From contig CAYZVU010000002.1 in the NCBI GenBank assembly GCA_964482075.1, forward strand, positions 1 through 32,526: a DNA stretch of 32,526 nt, given 5' to 3'. Numbering within the stretch: position 1 is the first letter of the stretch; each line of letters begins with the position of its first letter. Below are positions 1 through 8,686 of this stretch, in pieces. The notes under the pieces are model-generated. The model saw only the letters and a list, made by a program, of their open reading frames with translations, made no database searches and was not told the DNA's origin. Source of the DNA: Candidatus Woesearchaeota archaeon (GTDB lineage: Archaea > Nanobdellota > Nanobdellia > Pacearchaeales > GW2011-AR1). A program made the position numbers and the translations under genes.

Positions 1-173
1 TGCAAGGGAGTTGGTGATAAGTGGGTTGGAAAAGTCTTGATTCCGACATTGACGCTTTGTCCGCTTTGATCTTGCAGATGTGAATTGGGTCAGGCCTTGA
101 TCGGAGCAGCCCTAAATATCTGTTTGGATGCTGAGTGGGTCGCAGAGTTGAGGAAGAAGAAAGGTCGCTTTTT
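1..173 (+). ncRNA. 3-prime part of a structured RNA, most likely signal recognition particle (7S/SRP) RNA, truncated by the window start
   Basis: Region is clearly more G+C-rich than its surroundings and has no ORF. Nt 88-111 GGTCAGGCCTTGATCGGAGCAGCC aligns without gaps to the SRP helix-8 core as I recall it from E. coli 4.5S RNA (GGUCAGGUCCGGAAGGAAGCAGCC), with one compensatory U-A to C-G change in the apical stem. About 60 nt of further sequence follows, as expected for the helix-5 3-prime strand, then a T5 run at 169-173 (archaeal terminator). Confidence 0.5.
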
Positions 174-222
174 CAGTTTGTTTTGAGCTGGCTTCTGGTC
201 TACATTAATTTTCTAAAAATTA

Positions 223-501
223 TTACATTCCCCCAGAAAAAGCTATTATTAATAAAAGTATAAAGAAATAAGCAATTGAGGTTGGAATTGAGATTATTAA
301 AGCAATTAGTGCTTTCCAATTAAATCCTTGATTTTTAAAAGATTTTATTGAAAATACTAAGGATGTAATTAAGAATATAATGGAGGGAATTAATGGAATA
401 ATGGGTATAATAAAAACTAATGCTAAAAAAAGCGCACTAATTATAATTGCGTAAATTGCACCTCTTCCATAATCTGCTTTAATCCACTCTTTTAATGTCA
501 T
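223..501 (-). CDS. small integral membrane protein, unknown function
   Basis: 92-aa ATG-initiated ORF with three strongly hydrophobic segments. No recognisable family. Confidence 0.5.
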   Translation of the reverse strand: MTLKEWIKADYGRGAIYAIIISALFLALVFIIPIIPLIPSIIFLITSLVFSIKSFKNQGFNWKALIALIISIPTSIAYFFILLLIIAFSGGM

Positions 502-577
502 AATTTTTTTAGGTAATTTAGTTATATAAATCTTTTTTTATCAAAACATTAATAAACAATTTTCTCTTTAGAATTTT

Positions 578-1084
578 ATGCAAAATAAAAGGGGGCAGTT
601 TTATCTTCTAGCAGCGATTGTTTTAATTGCAGTTATTATTGGATTTGCAGCAGCGTCAAATTATTCTAAGAAAAAACCAGACTCTCGATTAATGGATTTA
701 GGTGATGAGTTGGGTATTGAGGGAGGAAATGTTTTGGAACATGGAGTTTATTTAGATAAAGATATGGAAATTTTGTTGGGAGAGTTTTCTGGAGAGTATG
801 ATGGATATGCAGGGGCCGATAAGGAAATTGTTTTTATTATGGGGGTTGATGATAGATTAATTGTTTTAACTTATGAAGAAGTTAGCGCAGGAGATATTTG
901 TGTTGGAAGTTTTTGTGATCCTCAAGATTTTAGGACTCCTGGAAAAATTATTACTGAATTGGATAGCCCTTTTGAAATTACTTTTGGGGGAGTAGATTAT
1001 TCTTTTGATTTAAAACCAGGACAGAATTTTTATTTTGTTCTTGCTCAGGAAACTGATGGGGAGAAATATGTTGTTACAGGATAA
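578..1084 (+). CDS. prepilin-like protein with class III (type IV pilin) signal peptide
   Basis: N-terminus MQNKRG/QFYLLAAIVLIAVIIGF: basic residues, Gly at -1, then a hydrophobic helix. First gene of the pilus-like cluster. Confidence 0.55.
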   Translation: MQNKRGQFYLLAAIVLIAVIIGFAAASNYSKKKPDSRLMDLGDELGIEGGNVLEHGVYLDKDMEILLGEFSGEYDGYAGADKEIVFIMGVDDRLIVLTYEEVSAGDICVGSFCDPQDFRTPGKIITELDSPFEITFGGVDYSFDLKPGQNFYFVLAQETDGEKYVVTG

Positions 1085-1550
1085 AAAAGGAATTAGTGTG
1101 ATGATTGGATATATTTTGCTAGTGTCAGCTGTGTTGGCTATGAGTGTTTTGATTTTTAGTTGGATGAAAAGTTATGTACCAAATGATCCTTTAGAGTGTC
1201 CTGATGGGGTTTCTGTTTATTTAGATTCAATAAGTTATGAAAATAATGTTTTGAGTTTTACTTTAAAAAATAATGGAAGGTTTGATGTTGGGGGGTATTA
1301 TATTCATGCGACGACTGGTGAAGAGCAGAAGATTGCTACGAAGGATTTAACTGAGGGGGAAGGAATGAGCTTTGCTTCGTCAGTTGATGCAAAAAATTTT
1401 TTAATTGTGGATAGTGATTCAGTTTTGCAAACTTTTAATTTAGATGAGGAAATTGTTGAAATTGAAATTTTGCCTTTTCGTTATCAAGATACTGAAAATG
1501 GGAAGAGAAAGGTTACTTGTAATGGTGCGAAAGTTAGGGAAGTTGTTTAA
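1068..1550 (+). CDS. archaeal type IV pilin-like protein
   Basis: ATG at 1068 gives MLLQDKKG/ISVMIGYILLVSAVLAMSVLIF, a class III signal. This start overlaps the upstream stop by 17 nt. The ORF-track start at 1035 adds a non-signal extension and is less likely. Confidence 0.6.
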   Translation: MLLQDKKGISVMIGYILLVSAVLAMSVLIFSWMKSYVPNDPLECPDGVSVYLDSISYENNVLSFTLKNNGRFDVGGYYIHATTGEEQKIATKDLTEGEGMSFASSVDAKNFLIVDSDSVLQTFNLDEEIVEIEILPFRYQDTENGKRKVTCNGAKVREVV

Positions 1551-1633
1551 GGGGGTCCTGGGGGGATTTTTAAGTATTTTATTTGAAATTTTATTCTAAT
1601 TAAATTTATAAACATCTCTTGCTATTTTTATTT

Positions 1634-2068
1634 ATGAAGAAAAAAGGTGTGTCTCCTGTGATTGCAACTGTCTTGTTAATTGCCATAGTTGTTGTTATTG
1701 CGTTAATTATTTTTTTATGGTTTCGTGGAATGACTCAGGAAGCTGTTATGAAGTTCGGGAAAAATATTGAGCTTGTTTGTGATGAGGTTCAGTTTGATGC
1801 AAGTTATGATGTGGCAAATACTTTTACTGTTTCAAATAATGGGAATGTCCCAATTCAGGAGATGAAGATAAAAATTATTGGAGGAGGTAGTTCTGATTTG
1901 GAATCTCTTGGTGATTCTGGAGTAAGTGTTGGGGGAGTTCAAGAATATACTCATGATGTTTCGGGTGCTAGCGAAGTTATTTTAATTCCTGTTCTTAGAG
2001 GTAAATCTGAAAAAGGAGAAACAAATCATGTCTGTGATGAAAATTATGGATATAGATTATTAGTTTAA
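1634..2068 (+). CDS. archaeal type IV pilin (Pilin_N/DUF1628-type N-terminus)
   Basis: MKKKG/VSPVIATVLLIAIVVVIALIIF is the classic archaeal pilin N-terminal motif (GVSPVIATVLLIAI). TATA-like TTTATAAA at 1605-1612 lies about 26 nt upstream of ATG 1634, suggesting a leaderless mRNA. The track start at 1619 is a TTG. Confidence 0.8.
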   Translation: MKKKGVSPVIATVLLIAIVVVIALIIFLWFRGMTQEAVMKFGKNIELVCDEVQFDASYDVANTFTVSNNGNVPIQEMKIKIIGGGSSDLESLGDSGVSVGGVQEYTHDVSGASEVILIPVLRGKSEKGETNHVCDENYGYRLLV

Positions 2069-2069
2069 A

Positions 2070-2561
2070 ATGAAAAATAAAAAAGCGTTGTCGGGGGTTA
2101 TTACGATGGTGATTCTTGTTGCATTTGTTTTGGTTTTAGTTTCAATTATTTGGGTTGTTGTTAAGGGAATAATTAAAGATAATATTGCAGAGTCTGAAGC
2201 GTGTTCTTTTATTTTTGATAAAGTTAGTTTGAATGATGATTATACTTGTTATCAAACGAACGGGGGGTTCAGATTTTCTGTTGATGTTGGAGAAATTGAA
2301 ATAGAATCTCTGACTGTTTCGATAATTGTTAATGGGAATTCTAATAAGTTTGAATTAAGAGAGGGGGCAAGTTATCCCCGGCTTATAAATTTTATAGAGG
2401 GGATTTTTCAAGAGGGATTAATTTTTCCTGAAATGAATTCTGGAAGGACTTATGTTTTTGATACAAATGTAAGACCAGAGTCAATAAAAATTGCACCTGT
2501 TGTTAACGGAATTCAGTGTGAGGTTTCTGATTCAAGATTAGAGATTAGAGATTGTTTTTAG
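2070..2561 (+). CDS. archaeal type IV pilin-like protein
   Basis: MKNKKA/LSGVITMVILVAFVLVLVSIIW is a class III-type signal. The gene starts 1 nt after the previous pilin's stop. Confidence 0.6.
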   Translation: MKNKKALSGVITMVILVAFVLVLVSIIWVVVKGIIKDNIAESEACSFIFDKVSLNDDYTCYQTNGGFRFSVDVGEIEIESLTVSIIVNGNSNKFELREGASYPRLINFIEGIFQEGLIFPEMNSGRTYVFDTNVRPESIKIAPVVNGIQCEVSDSRLEIRDCF

Positions 2562-2580
2562 TTAATTATATAAATTAAAA
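2554..2580 (+). promoter_or_regulatory. BRE/TATA promoter element, copy 1 of an exact 27-nt repeat
   Basis: GTTTTTAGTTAATTATATAAATTAAAA is identical to 3401-3427. The TATA core TTATATAA sits about 25 nt upstream of ATG 2597. The element overlaps the TAG stop of the preceding pilin gene. Confidence 0.6.
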
Positions 2581-2596
2581 GTATTCATTCTTTTTT

Positions 2597-3373
2597 ATGG
2601 ACCCCAAAGTTTTAGTTGCTTCTCCTACTTATATTGGAATGAACTATTGTGAAGATGAATTTTTGCAAGCATTGAAGAATATAGAATATCCAAATTTTGA
2701 TATTTTAATAATAGATAATTCTAAAGAGGATTTTTATTTTAATAAGCTTAAAGAGATAAAAGGGATTAATGTAATAAGAGATAATTTTCAAGAAGGGTAT
2801 GCTTTGAAAAGAGTGATTCATAGTAGAAATAAGATTCTTGATTATGCTCTTGAGAATAATTATGATTTTGTTTTTATGGTAGATTCAGATGTTATTATTC
2901 CAAAAAATATTCTTTTAGAATTATTAAAACAAAATAAAAATATTGTTAGTGGGATTTATCATAATTATTTTAAAATTGATGGTAAACAAAAATTAAGATC
3001 TGTGGTTTGGAAAGATGCCCCCCAAGAAGTTTTTGATATTTTAAAAAAACAAGAAAAACTTCCAGATTTTATAAGGGGGCCTGAGGATTTAAGGAGACAT
3101 TTAACTCCTGAAGAAGAAAATAGTGGAAAATGTATTGAGGTAACAATCCCTTCTGCGGGCTGTATATTAATTTCTAAAAAGGTCTTTAAGGTGGTGAGAT
3201 ATGGTTTACTTGATCTTCCAGGAAATCTAAAAAGTAGCGATGATGTATATTTTATAAAATCTGCAAGAAAAAAGGGATTTAAGGTTTATTGTCATACTAA
3301 GTTAAAATGTGAACATAGAATTAAAGGAAAATATTCGGAAGAGGGATATCATCCTATTTACGATATTAAATAA
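2597..3373 (+). CDS. family 2 glycosyltransferase (GT-A fold)
   Basis: N-terminal VLVASPTY...YPNFDILIIDNS and FVFMVDSDVIIP (a DxD-type DSD motif) are typical of GT2 enzymes. The gene is embedded in the pilin cluster. Confidence 0.7.
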   Translation: MDPKVLVASPTYIGMNYCEDEFLQALKNIEYPNFDILIIDNSKEDFYFNKLKEIKGINVIRDNFQEGYALKRVIHSRNKILDYALENNYDFVFMVDSDVIIPKNILLELLKQNKNIVSGIYHNYFKIDGKQKLRSVVWKDAPQEVFDILKKQEKLPDFIRGPEDLRRHLTPEEENSGKCIEVTIPSAGCILISKKVFKVVRYGLLDLPGNLKSSDDVYFIKSARKKGFKVYCHTKLKCEHRIKGKYSEEGYHPIYDIK

Positions 3374-3400
3374 AAGTATTATCAATATTTTTTTTGAGTC

Positions 3401-3427
3401 GTTTTTAGTTAATTATATAAATTAAAA
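3401..3427 (+). promoter_or_regulatory. BRE/TATA promoter element, copy 2 of the exact 27-nt repeat
   Basis: Identical 27-mer to 2554-2580. The TATA core is about 25 nt upstream of ATG 3443. Confidence 0.6.
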
Positions 3428-3442
3428 TCTGTTTAATTGTTT

Positions 3443-4000
3443 ATGAATAACCTAAAGGTTACGAGAAAAAGAGGATGTAAGTCTGGACAAGTTTGGGTAG
3501 AAACTGTTGTGTATACTTTGATTGCATTTGCTTTAATTGGATTGGTGTTGGCTTTTGTTAAACCTAAAATTGAAGAGCTTCAAGATAAAGCAATTATTGA
3601 ACAGACAATTCAAATGATGGAGGAAATTAATTTACAAATTGATTCTATCCGTGATGTTCCTGGGAATAAAAGATCAATTGAACTTGTGATTAAGAAGGGG
3701 GCTTTGACAATTGATGGAGTGCAAAATAAAATTTTATTTGAATTAGAAAGTAGATATGCATATTCTGAATTTGATAAAACAGTTTCGGCAGGAGGTTCTG
3801 ATATTATTTTTGCGAAGACTATTGAAAAGGGTAAATATAATGATATCACTTTGGAAATGGATTTCCAGAATGATTTTGGTTTAACTTATGAGGGTGAAGA
3901 AGAAATAAAATTGTTGAGTTCTGGCCCTACAGCGCATAAATTATTTGTTGAAAGTAAAATGATTGAAGATAAATTAAATATTAATTTTGAGTTAGGTTAA
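3443..4000 (+). CDS. prepilin-like protein with Glu at +5
   Basis: MNNLKVTRKRGCKSG/QVWVETVVYTLIAFALIGLVLAF: a cut after Gly places Glu at +5, as in bacterial type IV pilins and pseudopilins. The stop is 1 nt before the ATPase gene. The track start at 3437 is TTG, so ATG 3443 is preferred. Confidence 0.55.
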   Translation: MNNLKVTRKRGCKSGQVWVETVVYTLIAFALIGLVLAFVKPKIEELQDKAIIEQTIQMMEEINLQIDSIRDVPGNKRSIELVIKKGALTIDGVQNKILFELESRYAYSEFDKTVSAGGSDIIFAKTIEKGKYNDITLEMDFQNDFGLTYEGEEEIKLLSSGPTAHKLFVESKMIEDKLNINFELG

Positions 4001-4001
4001 A

Positions 4002-5567
4002 ATGTTTGGGAATAAAAAAGTAACAGGGGTCCAAAATTATCCAAAGGTCGAGATTGATTTTAATCCTGTTGTCCCAAAATTGAAGAGAATTTCTGATAAG
4101 ACAAAAGTTAATATTAGATATGCTTTGATTGCGCCGTTTGCATTCGCACATATTCATTGGGATTCAAAAATTTCTGAAATTGTTTATGAAGTTGAAGAGC
4201 CGGTTTTGGATGCGCAAGAAATGAAGTATAAAGATGAGTTGGTTTCTGCTATGAAGGATATGATTAATTTTGATACAATTGTTGAAAAAGGTGTTGAGAG
4301 TTTGTTAGCTTATATTGATAGAATGTTTAAACTTTTGGCTGTGGAATTTGGAATGAATATTTCTTATGAAAGTTATAAGAAGATTTTTTATTATCTTGCG
4401 CGGGATTTTATTGGGTTTAATGAGGTTGAGCCTTTTTTGAAAGATTATTATGTTGAGGATATTGAGTGTAATGGTGCTGATGCTAAAATTTATGTTGTTC
4501 ATAGGATTTATAGAAATATGCAGACAAATGTTTTGTTTAAGGAAGTTGATAAGTTGACGAGTTTTACTGAGAAGCTTGCGCAAAGATGTGGGAAATATAT
4601 TTCTTATGCAAATCCTATTTTAGATGGAAGTTTAGAGGATGGGTCGAGAGTTAATGCAACCTATACGGAGGATGTTACTTCGCGTGGGCCTACTTTTACA
4701 ATTAGGAAATTTACTAAAACTCCTTGGACGCCTTCGCAGTTATTGGATTTTAAAACTTTGAGTCCTGAGATGTTGGCTTATCTTTGGTTATTGATTGAGT
4801 ATAAAATGAATATTTTAATTGCTGGAGGAACTTCTTCGGGGAAGACGACTTTGTTGAATGCGATGGCTTTTTTTATTTCTCCTGAGTCGAGAGTTGTTTC
4901 AATTGAGGATACGCGTGAGTTGAATTTGCCTCGTGAAAATTGGTTGCCTTCTGTTGCTCGTGGGGCTACTGGTGCAAAAGATTCTGGGGAGATTACTTTG
5001 TTTACTTTATTGAGAAGTTCATTTAGGCAGAATCCAGATTATGTTATTGTTGGAGAGGTTAGAGGGAAGGAGGCATTTGTTTTATTTCAGGGTATGGCTT
5101 CTGGACATTCTTCAATTTCAACTATTCATGCAGATTCTGTTGACACTGTGATTAAAAGATTGGAGACTCCTCCGATTGAACTTTCTCCTGCATTGTTGAA
5201 TGTTTTAGATTGTGTTTGCATCATGACTCATGCTATTGTGAAAAAAGAAGAGACTAGAAAGTTGAGAGAAATTGTTGAGATCGTTAATGTTAATAATGAT
5301 GGTGTTGCAATGACTAACACCCCTTTTGTTTGGAATGCTAGGGAAGATAATTTTTATTTTAAGAGAAATAGTAAAATTTTTGAAAAGATTTCTCGAAGAT
5401 ATGGTTTGAATATGCAAGAGCTTGATGTTGAATTTAAGAGAAGAGTTCAAATTTTGTATAAAATGCAGATGTCTAAAATTTTTGAATTTAAAGCTGTGCA
5501 GAAAATTATTAATGAATATCATAAAAATCCTGCAGAAGTTTTACGGAAGTTTGGGATGAAAGGTTAG
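4002..5567 (+). CDS. type IV pilus/archaellum-family secretion ATPase (FlaI/ArlI/PilB/GspE superfamily)
   Basis: Walker A IAGGTSSGKTTLLNAM, Asp box VVSIEDTRELNL, Walker B PDYVIVGEVRGKEA, His box GHSSISTIHA, and the typical N-terminal domain (IECNGADAKIYVVH). Confidence 0.9.
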   Translation: MFGNKKVTGVQNYPKVEIDFNPVVPKLKRISDKTKVNIRYALIAPFAFAHIHWDSKISEIVYEVEEPVLDAQEMKYKDELVSAMKDMINFDTIVEKGVESLLAYIDRMFKLLAVEFGMNISYESYKKIFYYLARDFIGFNEVEPFLKDYYVEDIECNGADAKIYVVHRIYRNMQTNVLFKEVDKLTSFTEKLAQRCGKYISYANPILDGSLEDGSRVNATYTEDVTSRGPTFTIRKFTKTPWTPSQLLDFKTLSPEMLAYLWLLIEYKMNILIAGGTSSGKTTLLNAMAFFISPESRVVSIEDTRELNLPRENWLPSVARGATGAKDSGEITLFTLLRSSFRQNPDYVIVGEVRGKEAFVLFQGMASGHSSISTIHADSVDTVIKRLETPPIELSPALLNVLDCVCIMTHAIVKKEETRKLREIVEIVNVNNDGVAMTNTPFVWNAREDNFYFKRNSKIFEKISRRYGLNMQELDVEFKRRVQILYKMQMSKIFEFKAVQKIINEYHKNPAEVLRKFGMKG

Positions 5568-5603
5568 AGAAATATTTAATAACACAATTTGCTTGTTTTT
5601 ATT

Positions 5604-6842
5604 ATGAAAAAGAGTGATTTAGAAGTGCTTCATGAACTTGATTTGCTTCATGGTAATTTAGATAAGGCAAAGTCGGTTGAAGAAAAAGAAATGATTAATT
5701 CTCAGATAAATTCTTTGAAGAAAATGTTGGAGAAAGATAAGTTAGAAATTAAGAAATTGCCCTCTGTAAAGGTTGAGGGCAAAGAAGAGAAAGTTGTGTC
5801 CAAGGCGAAGCCAAGTATTCATTCTCCTAAAATAATTAATTCTGATGGTAATATTAAGATGTCTGAATTTGAAAAAAAGACTTTGAAAAGATTGTCTGAA
5901 AAAGAAGAGAAAGTTGCGCCTAAGGGAATTATTAAGCCGAGTAATTATGTTAAGCTTGCAAATAGTTTTTTTTCAAATTATTCTGAGAAATTATTGGAGG
6001 CGCGGAAGTTTGAAATGGTGGAGAGAGATTTAGTTAAATCTAATTTGAGATTTATGCCAAAGTCTTATCTTTCAACGATGTTTTTTACAACTTGCTTGTC
6101 TATGATTGCGGGATTTTTTATTTTCTTGTTTTTTATGTTTTTTAATCTTAGCTCTGCTCCCCCTTTTATTTCATTAGTTAAGGAAAATTTTCTTATGAGA
6201 TTTTTGACTGTTTTTTGGATTTTGATTGTTCTCCCTGGAATTACCTTTGCGTTTATGTATTTTTATCCTTCTCTGGAGAAGAAATCTTATGAGACTAGAA
6301 TTAATAGAGAGTTGCCTTTTGCAACAATTCATATGTCTTCTATTTCAGGTTCTATGGTTGAGCCGAGTAAGATTTTTGAAATAATTATTGCTACCCATGA
6401 ATATCCTTATTTGGAAAAAGAATTTAAAAAATTAATAAATCAGATTAATGTTCTTGGTTATGATTTAGTTACTGCTTTGAGGACAAGTGCTTCTAATTCT
6501 CCGAGTAAAAGTTTGAAGGAATTGTTTAATGGTTTGGCGACTACGATTAATTCTGGGGGGAATTTGCCTGTTTTTTTTGAAAAGAGAGCAGAGAGCTTGC
6601 TTTTTGATTATAAATTGGAGCGTGAAAAAAAGACGCGTTCTGCTGAAACTTTTATGGATATTTATATTAGTGTTGTGATTGCTGCGCCGATGATTTTGAT
6701 GTTATTGTTAATGATGATGAAAATTAGTGGGCTTGGAATTGCTTTGAGTACGGGGATGATTACATTGGTGATGATTTTGGGTGTGGGGGTTATTAATGCG
6801 GCATTTTTGACTTTCTTGCATTTACAGGGGGCTGGGGAATGA
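5604..6842 (+). CDS. PilC/FlaJ/TadB-like platform membrane protein (single T2SSF domain) with long charged N-terminal extension
   Basis: T2SSF-like core ELPFATIHMSSISGSMVEPSKIF...LGYDLVTALR...INSGGNL flanked by TM segments. The first ~150 aa are K/E-rich and coiled-coil-like. ATG 5604 is preferred over TTG 5589. Confidence 0.75.
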   Translation: MKKSDLEVLHELDLLHGNLDKAKSVEEKEMINSQINSLKKMLEKDKLEIKKLPSVKVEGKEEKVVSKAKPSIHSPKIINSDGNIKMSEFEKKTLKRLSEKEEKVAPKGIIKPSNYVKLANSFFSNYSEKLLEARKFEMVERDLVKSNLRFMPKSYLSTMFFTTCLSMIAGFFIFLFFMFFNLSSAPPFISLVKENFLMRFLTVFWILIVLPGITFAFMYFYPSLEKKSYETRINRELPFATIHMSSISGSMVEPSKIFEIIIATHEYPYLEKEFKKLINQINVLGYDLVTALRTSASNSPSKSLKELFNGLATTINSGGNLPVFFEKRAESLLFDYKLEREKKTRSAETFMDIYISVVIAAPMILMLLLMMMKISGLGIALSTGMITLVMILGVGVINAAFLTFLHLQGAGE

Positions 6843-7657
6843 AAATAAAAGCGATACATTGGGCTGGAATTATTTTGGCATTAGTTGTATTTGGAATTTC
6901 TGTGTTTTTTATTGGAACACAATATTTCTTTTTTGTTTTAGGTTTGGGAATTTTATTTGGGGTTACACCTTTTGTTTTATCAGTGATTCATGATTCAAAT
7001 GTTTCGCGTGAAAAGGAAGAAATGTTTTTGGAGTTTACTCGGAATTTGGTTGAGAGTGTTAAAACAGGGACGCCGATTAGTAAAAGTATTATTAATGTTA
7101 GGAATAGGTCATATGGGGTTTTGAGTGAGAATATTAAGAAGTTGGCGAATCAAATTAAGTTAGGGATTTCGTTGAATATAGCATTGCAGGTTTTTTCTAG
7201 AGATGTTGGGAATAAAACAATTTCTCGTGCATTGACTTTGATTGGGCAGGCAGAAAAAGCAGGAGGAGATATTGGCGAGATTTTGGAGGCTGTTGCTGGA
7301 GCTGTTACTATGTCTGATAAATTAAAGAAAGAAAGAAAGGCTGCGATTTCAACTTTGGTTGTACAGGGCTATATTATTTTCTTTGTTTTTATTATAATTA
7401 TTTTAGTGATGCAATTTAAGATTTTGCCGATGGTTTCTGGAATTGCAGATACAGGTCTTTCAACTGTTGGTGGTGCTGATGTTAATGAAGGGGATTTGTC
7501 GAGTGCCTTTTTGTATTTGCTTTTAGTTCAGGGGCTTTTTAGTGGGCTTGTAATTGGGAAACTTTCGGAGGGTACGATTAAAGCAGGGGTGCGTCATTCT
7601 TTTGCGTTGGTGCTGATGTCTTTTTTAATATCGACGGGGGCGGGTTTGCTTTTTTAA
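6839..7657 (+). CDS. PilC/FlaJ/TadC-like platform membrane protein (second T2SSF domain gene)
   Basis: ATGA overlap with the upstream gene. T2SSF-like FLEFTRNLVESVKTGTPISKSI...QAEKAGGDIGEILE plus N- and C-terminal TM segments. Confidence 0.75.
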   Translation: MKIKAIHWAGIILALVVFGISVFFIGTQYFFFVLGLGILFGVTPFVLSVIHDSNVSREKEEMFLEFTRNLVESVKTGTPISKSIINVRNRSYGVLSENIKKLANQIKLGISLNIALQVFSRDVGNKTISRALTLIGQAEKAGGDIGEILEAVAGAVTMSDKLKKERKAAISTLVVQGYIIFFVFIIIILVMQFKILPMVSGIADTGLSTVGGADVNEGDLSSAFLYLLLVQGLFSGLVIGKLSEGTIKAGVRHSFALVLMSFLISTGAGLLF

Positions 7658-7658
7658 A

Positions 7659-8606
7659 TTAAGCAGCTAGTTCTTCTAAAAAATCTCTTTCAATTGTCCA
7701 AAAGAAAAATCTATTTCTCCAAGCTCTTTCTGTAGCAATTAAGATTAGTCGTGGGTCTTCTATTTTATTTTTTAATGTTCTTGCAACAAATTTAGGATGA
7801 ACAATTATTTCTTGTTGATTATAATATTCTGCTGATGTATTTGAGAATCTTTTATACCAAGTTCCTCCCCATCTACCTGTTTCGCTACTTTTTTCATGAA
7901 CATCCAAATCTACATCTATTATTGAAGGTCCTTTAATAATTGGGAGATCTTTTATACTAGAGGCAATATATTGGACATTATTTACTTCTCCTGATACTTT
8001 TTGAAAAGATTTTTCCCCAGAAAGATCAATTAGTTTTCTAATTTTTGATTGGATTGCGGGGTCTTTTAATAAATGATAAACATAGGAACTTCCATCAATT
8101 TTTTCTTTTTCCCAATAATCTCCATGTGCGTCTGCTCGAATTATATTTACTGGTTCTTTTGAATTTAAAAGATATTTTCTTATGTGTGCGTATGAATGGA
8201 AATGAGAATCAAATAAAGAAAAGGGCACTCCTCGAAAGGCTTGTCTTCTTCGAGTGCAAGGAGGGGTTCCACCAAAAATTTCTTCTAGATAAGTTAGGCT
8301 TCCAACTTCTTTTATTGTGGGTAAAATAGATTTTGTGTCTTTGAAATAATCTTTTCCATTCCCTCCTTTTCTTTGAGCAATTAAATTTGAGAAATATTCA
8401 TTTATTCTTTTTTCATGAAAATGTCTGTTATTTACCCTTTCTCCTAGTTGATCTAGGAGCATATGATATGTGAAATCTCCAACTCTTCCTGAAATTTTTC
8501 TAAGGGCGGGCTTGTCTTCTTCTCTTCGAATTACATTTTCTCCAAGGCAATCTAGATGATCACTTATTTGATTGTATTGGGATATTGGAATTGGATCTGC
8601 TATCAT
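7659..8606 (-). CDS. arginase/deacetylase-fold (UPF0489-like) putative metal-dependent hydrolase
   Basis: Ordered motifs LFDSHFHSYAHI, NIIRADAHGDYW (a DAHxD-like motif) and SIIDVDLDVHE (a DxDxD-like motif) resemble the metal-ligand motifs of the ureohydrolase/UPF0489 fold. Called from memory of motifs only. Confidence 0.35.
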   Translation of the reverse strand: MIADPIPISQYNQISDHLDCLGENVIRREEDKPALRKISGRVGDFTYHMLLDQLGERVNNRHFHEKRINEYFSNLIAQRKGGNGKDYFKDTKSILPTIKEVGSLTYLEEIFGGTPPCTRRRQAFRGVPFSLFDSHFHSYAHIRKYLLNSKEPVNIIRADAHGDYWEKEKIDGSSYVYHLLKDPAIQSKIRKLIDLSGEKSFQKVSGEVNNVQYIASSIKDLPIIKGPSIIDVDLDVHEKSSETGRWGGTWYKRFSNTSAEYYNQQEIIVHPKFVARTLKNKIEDPRLILIATERAWRNRFFFWTIERDFLEELAA

Positions 8607-8686
8607 AGCTTTGGTTTAAATTTGTGCTATAAAAAGATTGTTGTTTTAATCGCCAACTTAATAAATGGAGATTTCTTTAATTATTT

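Noticed and set aside
1035-1067. Upstream extension of the second pilin gene (track start 1035)
   Set aside because: It would place 11 extra residues before the charged KKG motif and create a 50-nt overlap with the first pilin gene. ATG 1068 yields a canonical class III signal.
1551-1566. G-runs (GGGGGTCCTGGGGGG) after the second pilin gene, considered as a G-quadruplex or structured element
   Set aside because: There are only two G-tracts and no complementary C-tract. The following T-run alone explains termination.
4002-7657. Calling the ATPase and platform genes an archaellum (FlaI/FlaJ) operon
   Set aside because: There is no archaellin-type gene and no FlaC/D/E/F/G/H-like gene nearby. 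The platform is split into two single-domain genes and the surrounding genes are short pilin-like proteins. An adhesion-pilus (Epd/Tad-like) call fits better.
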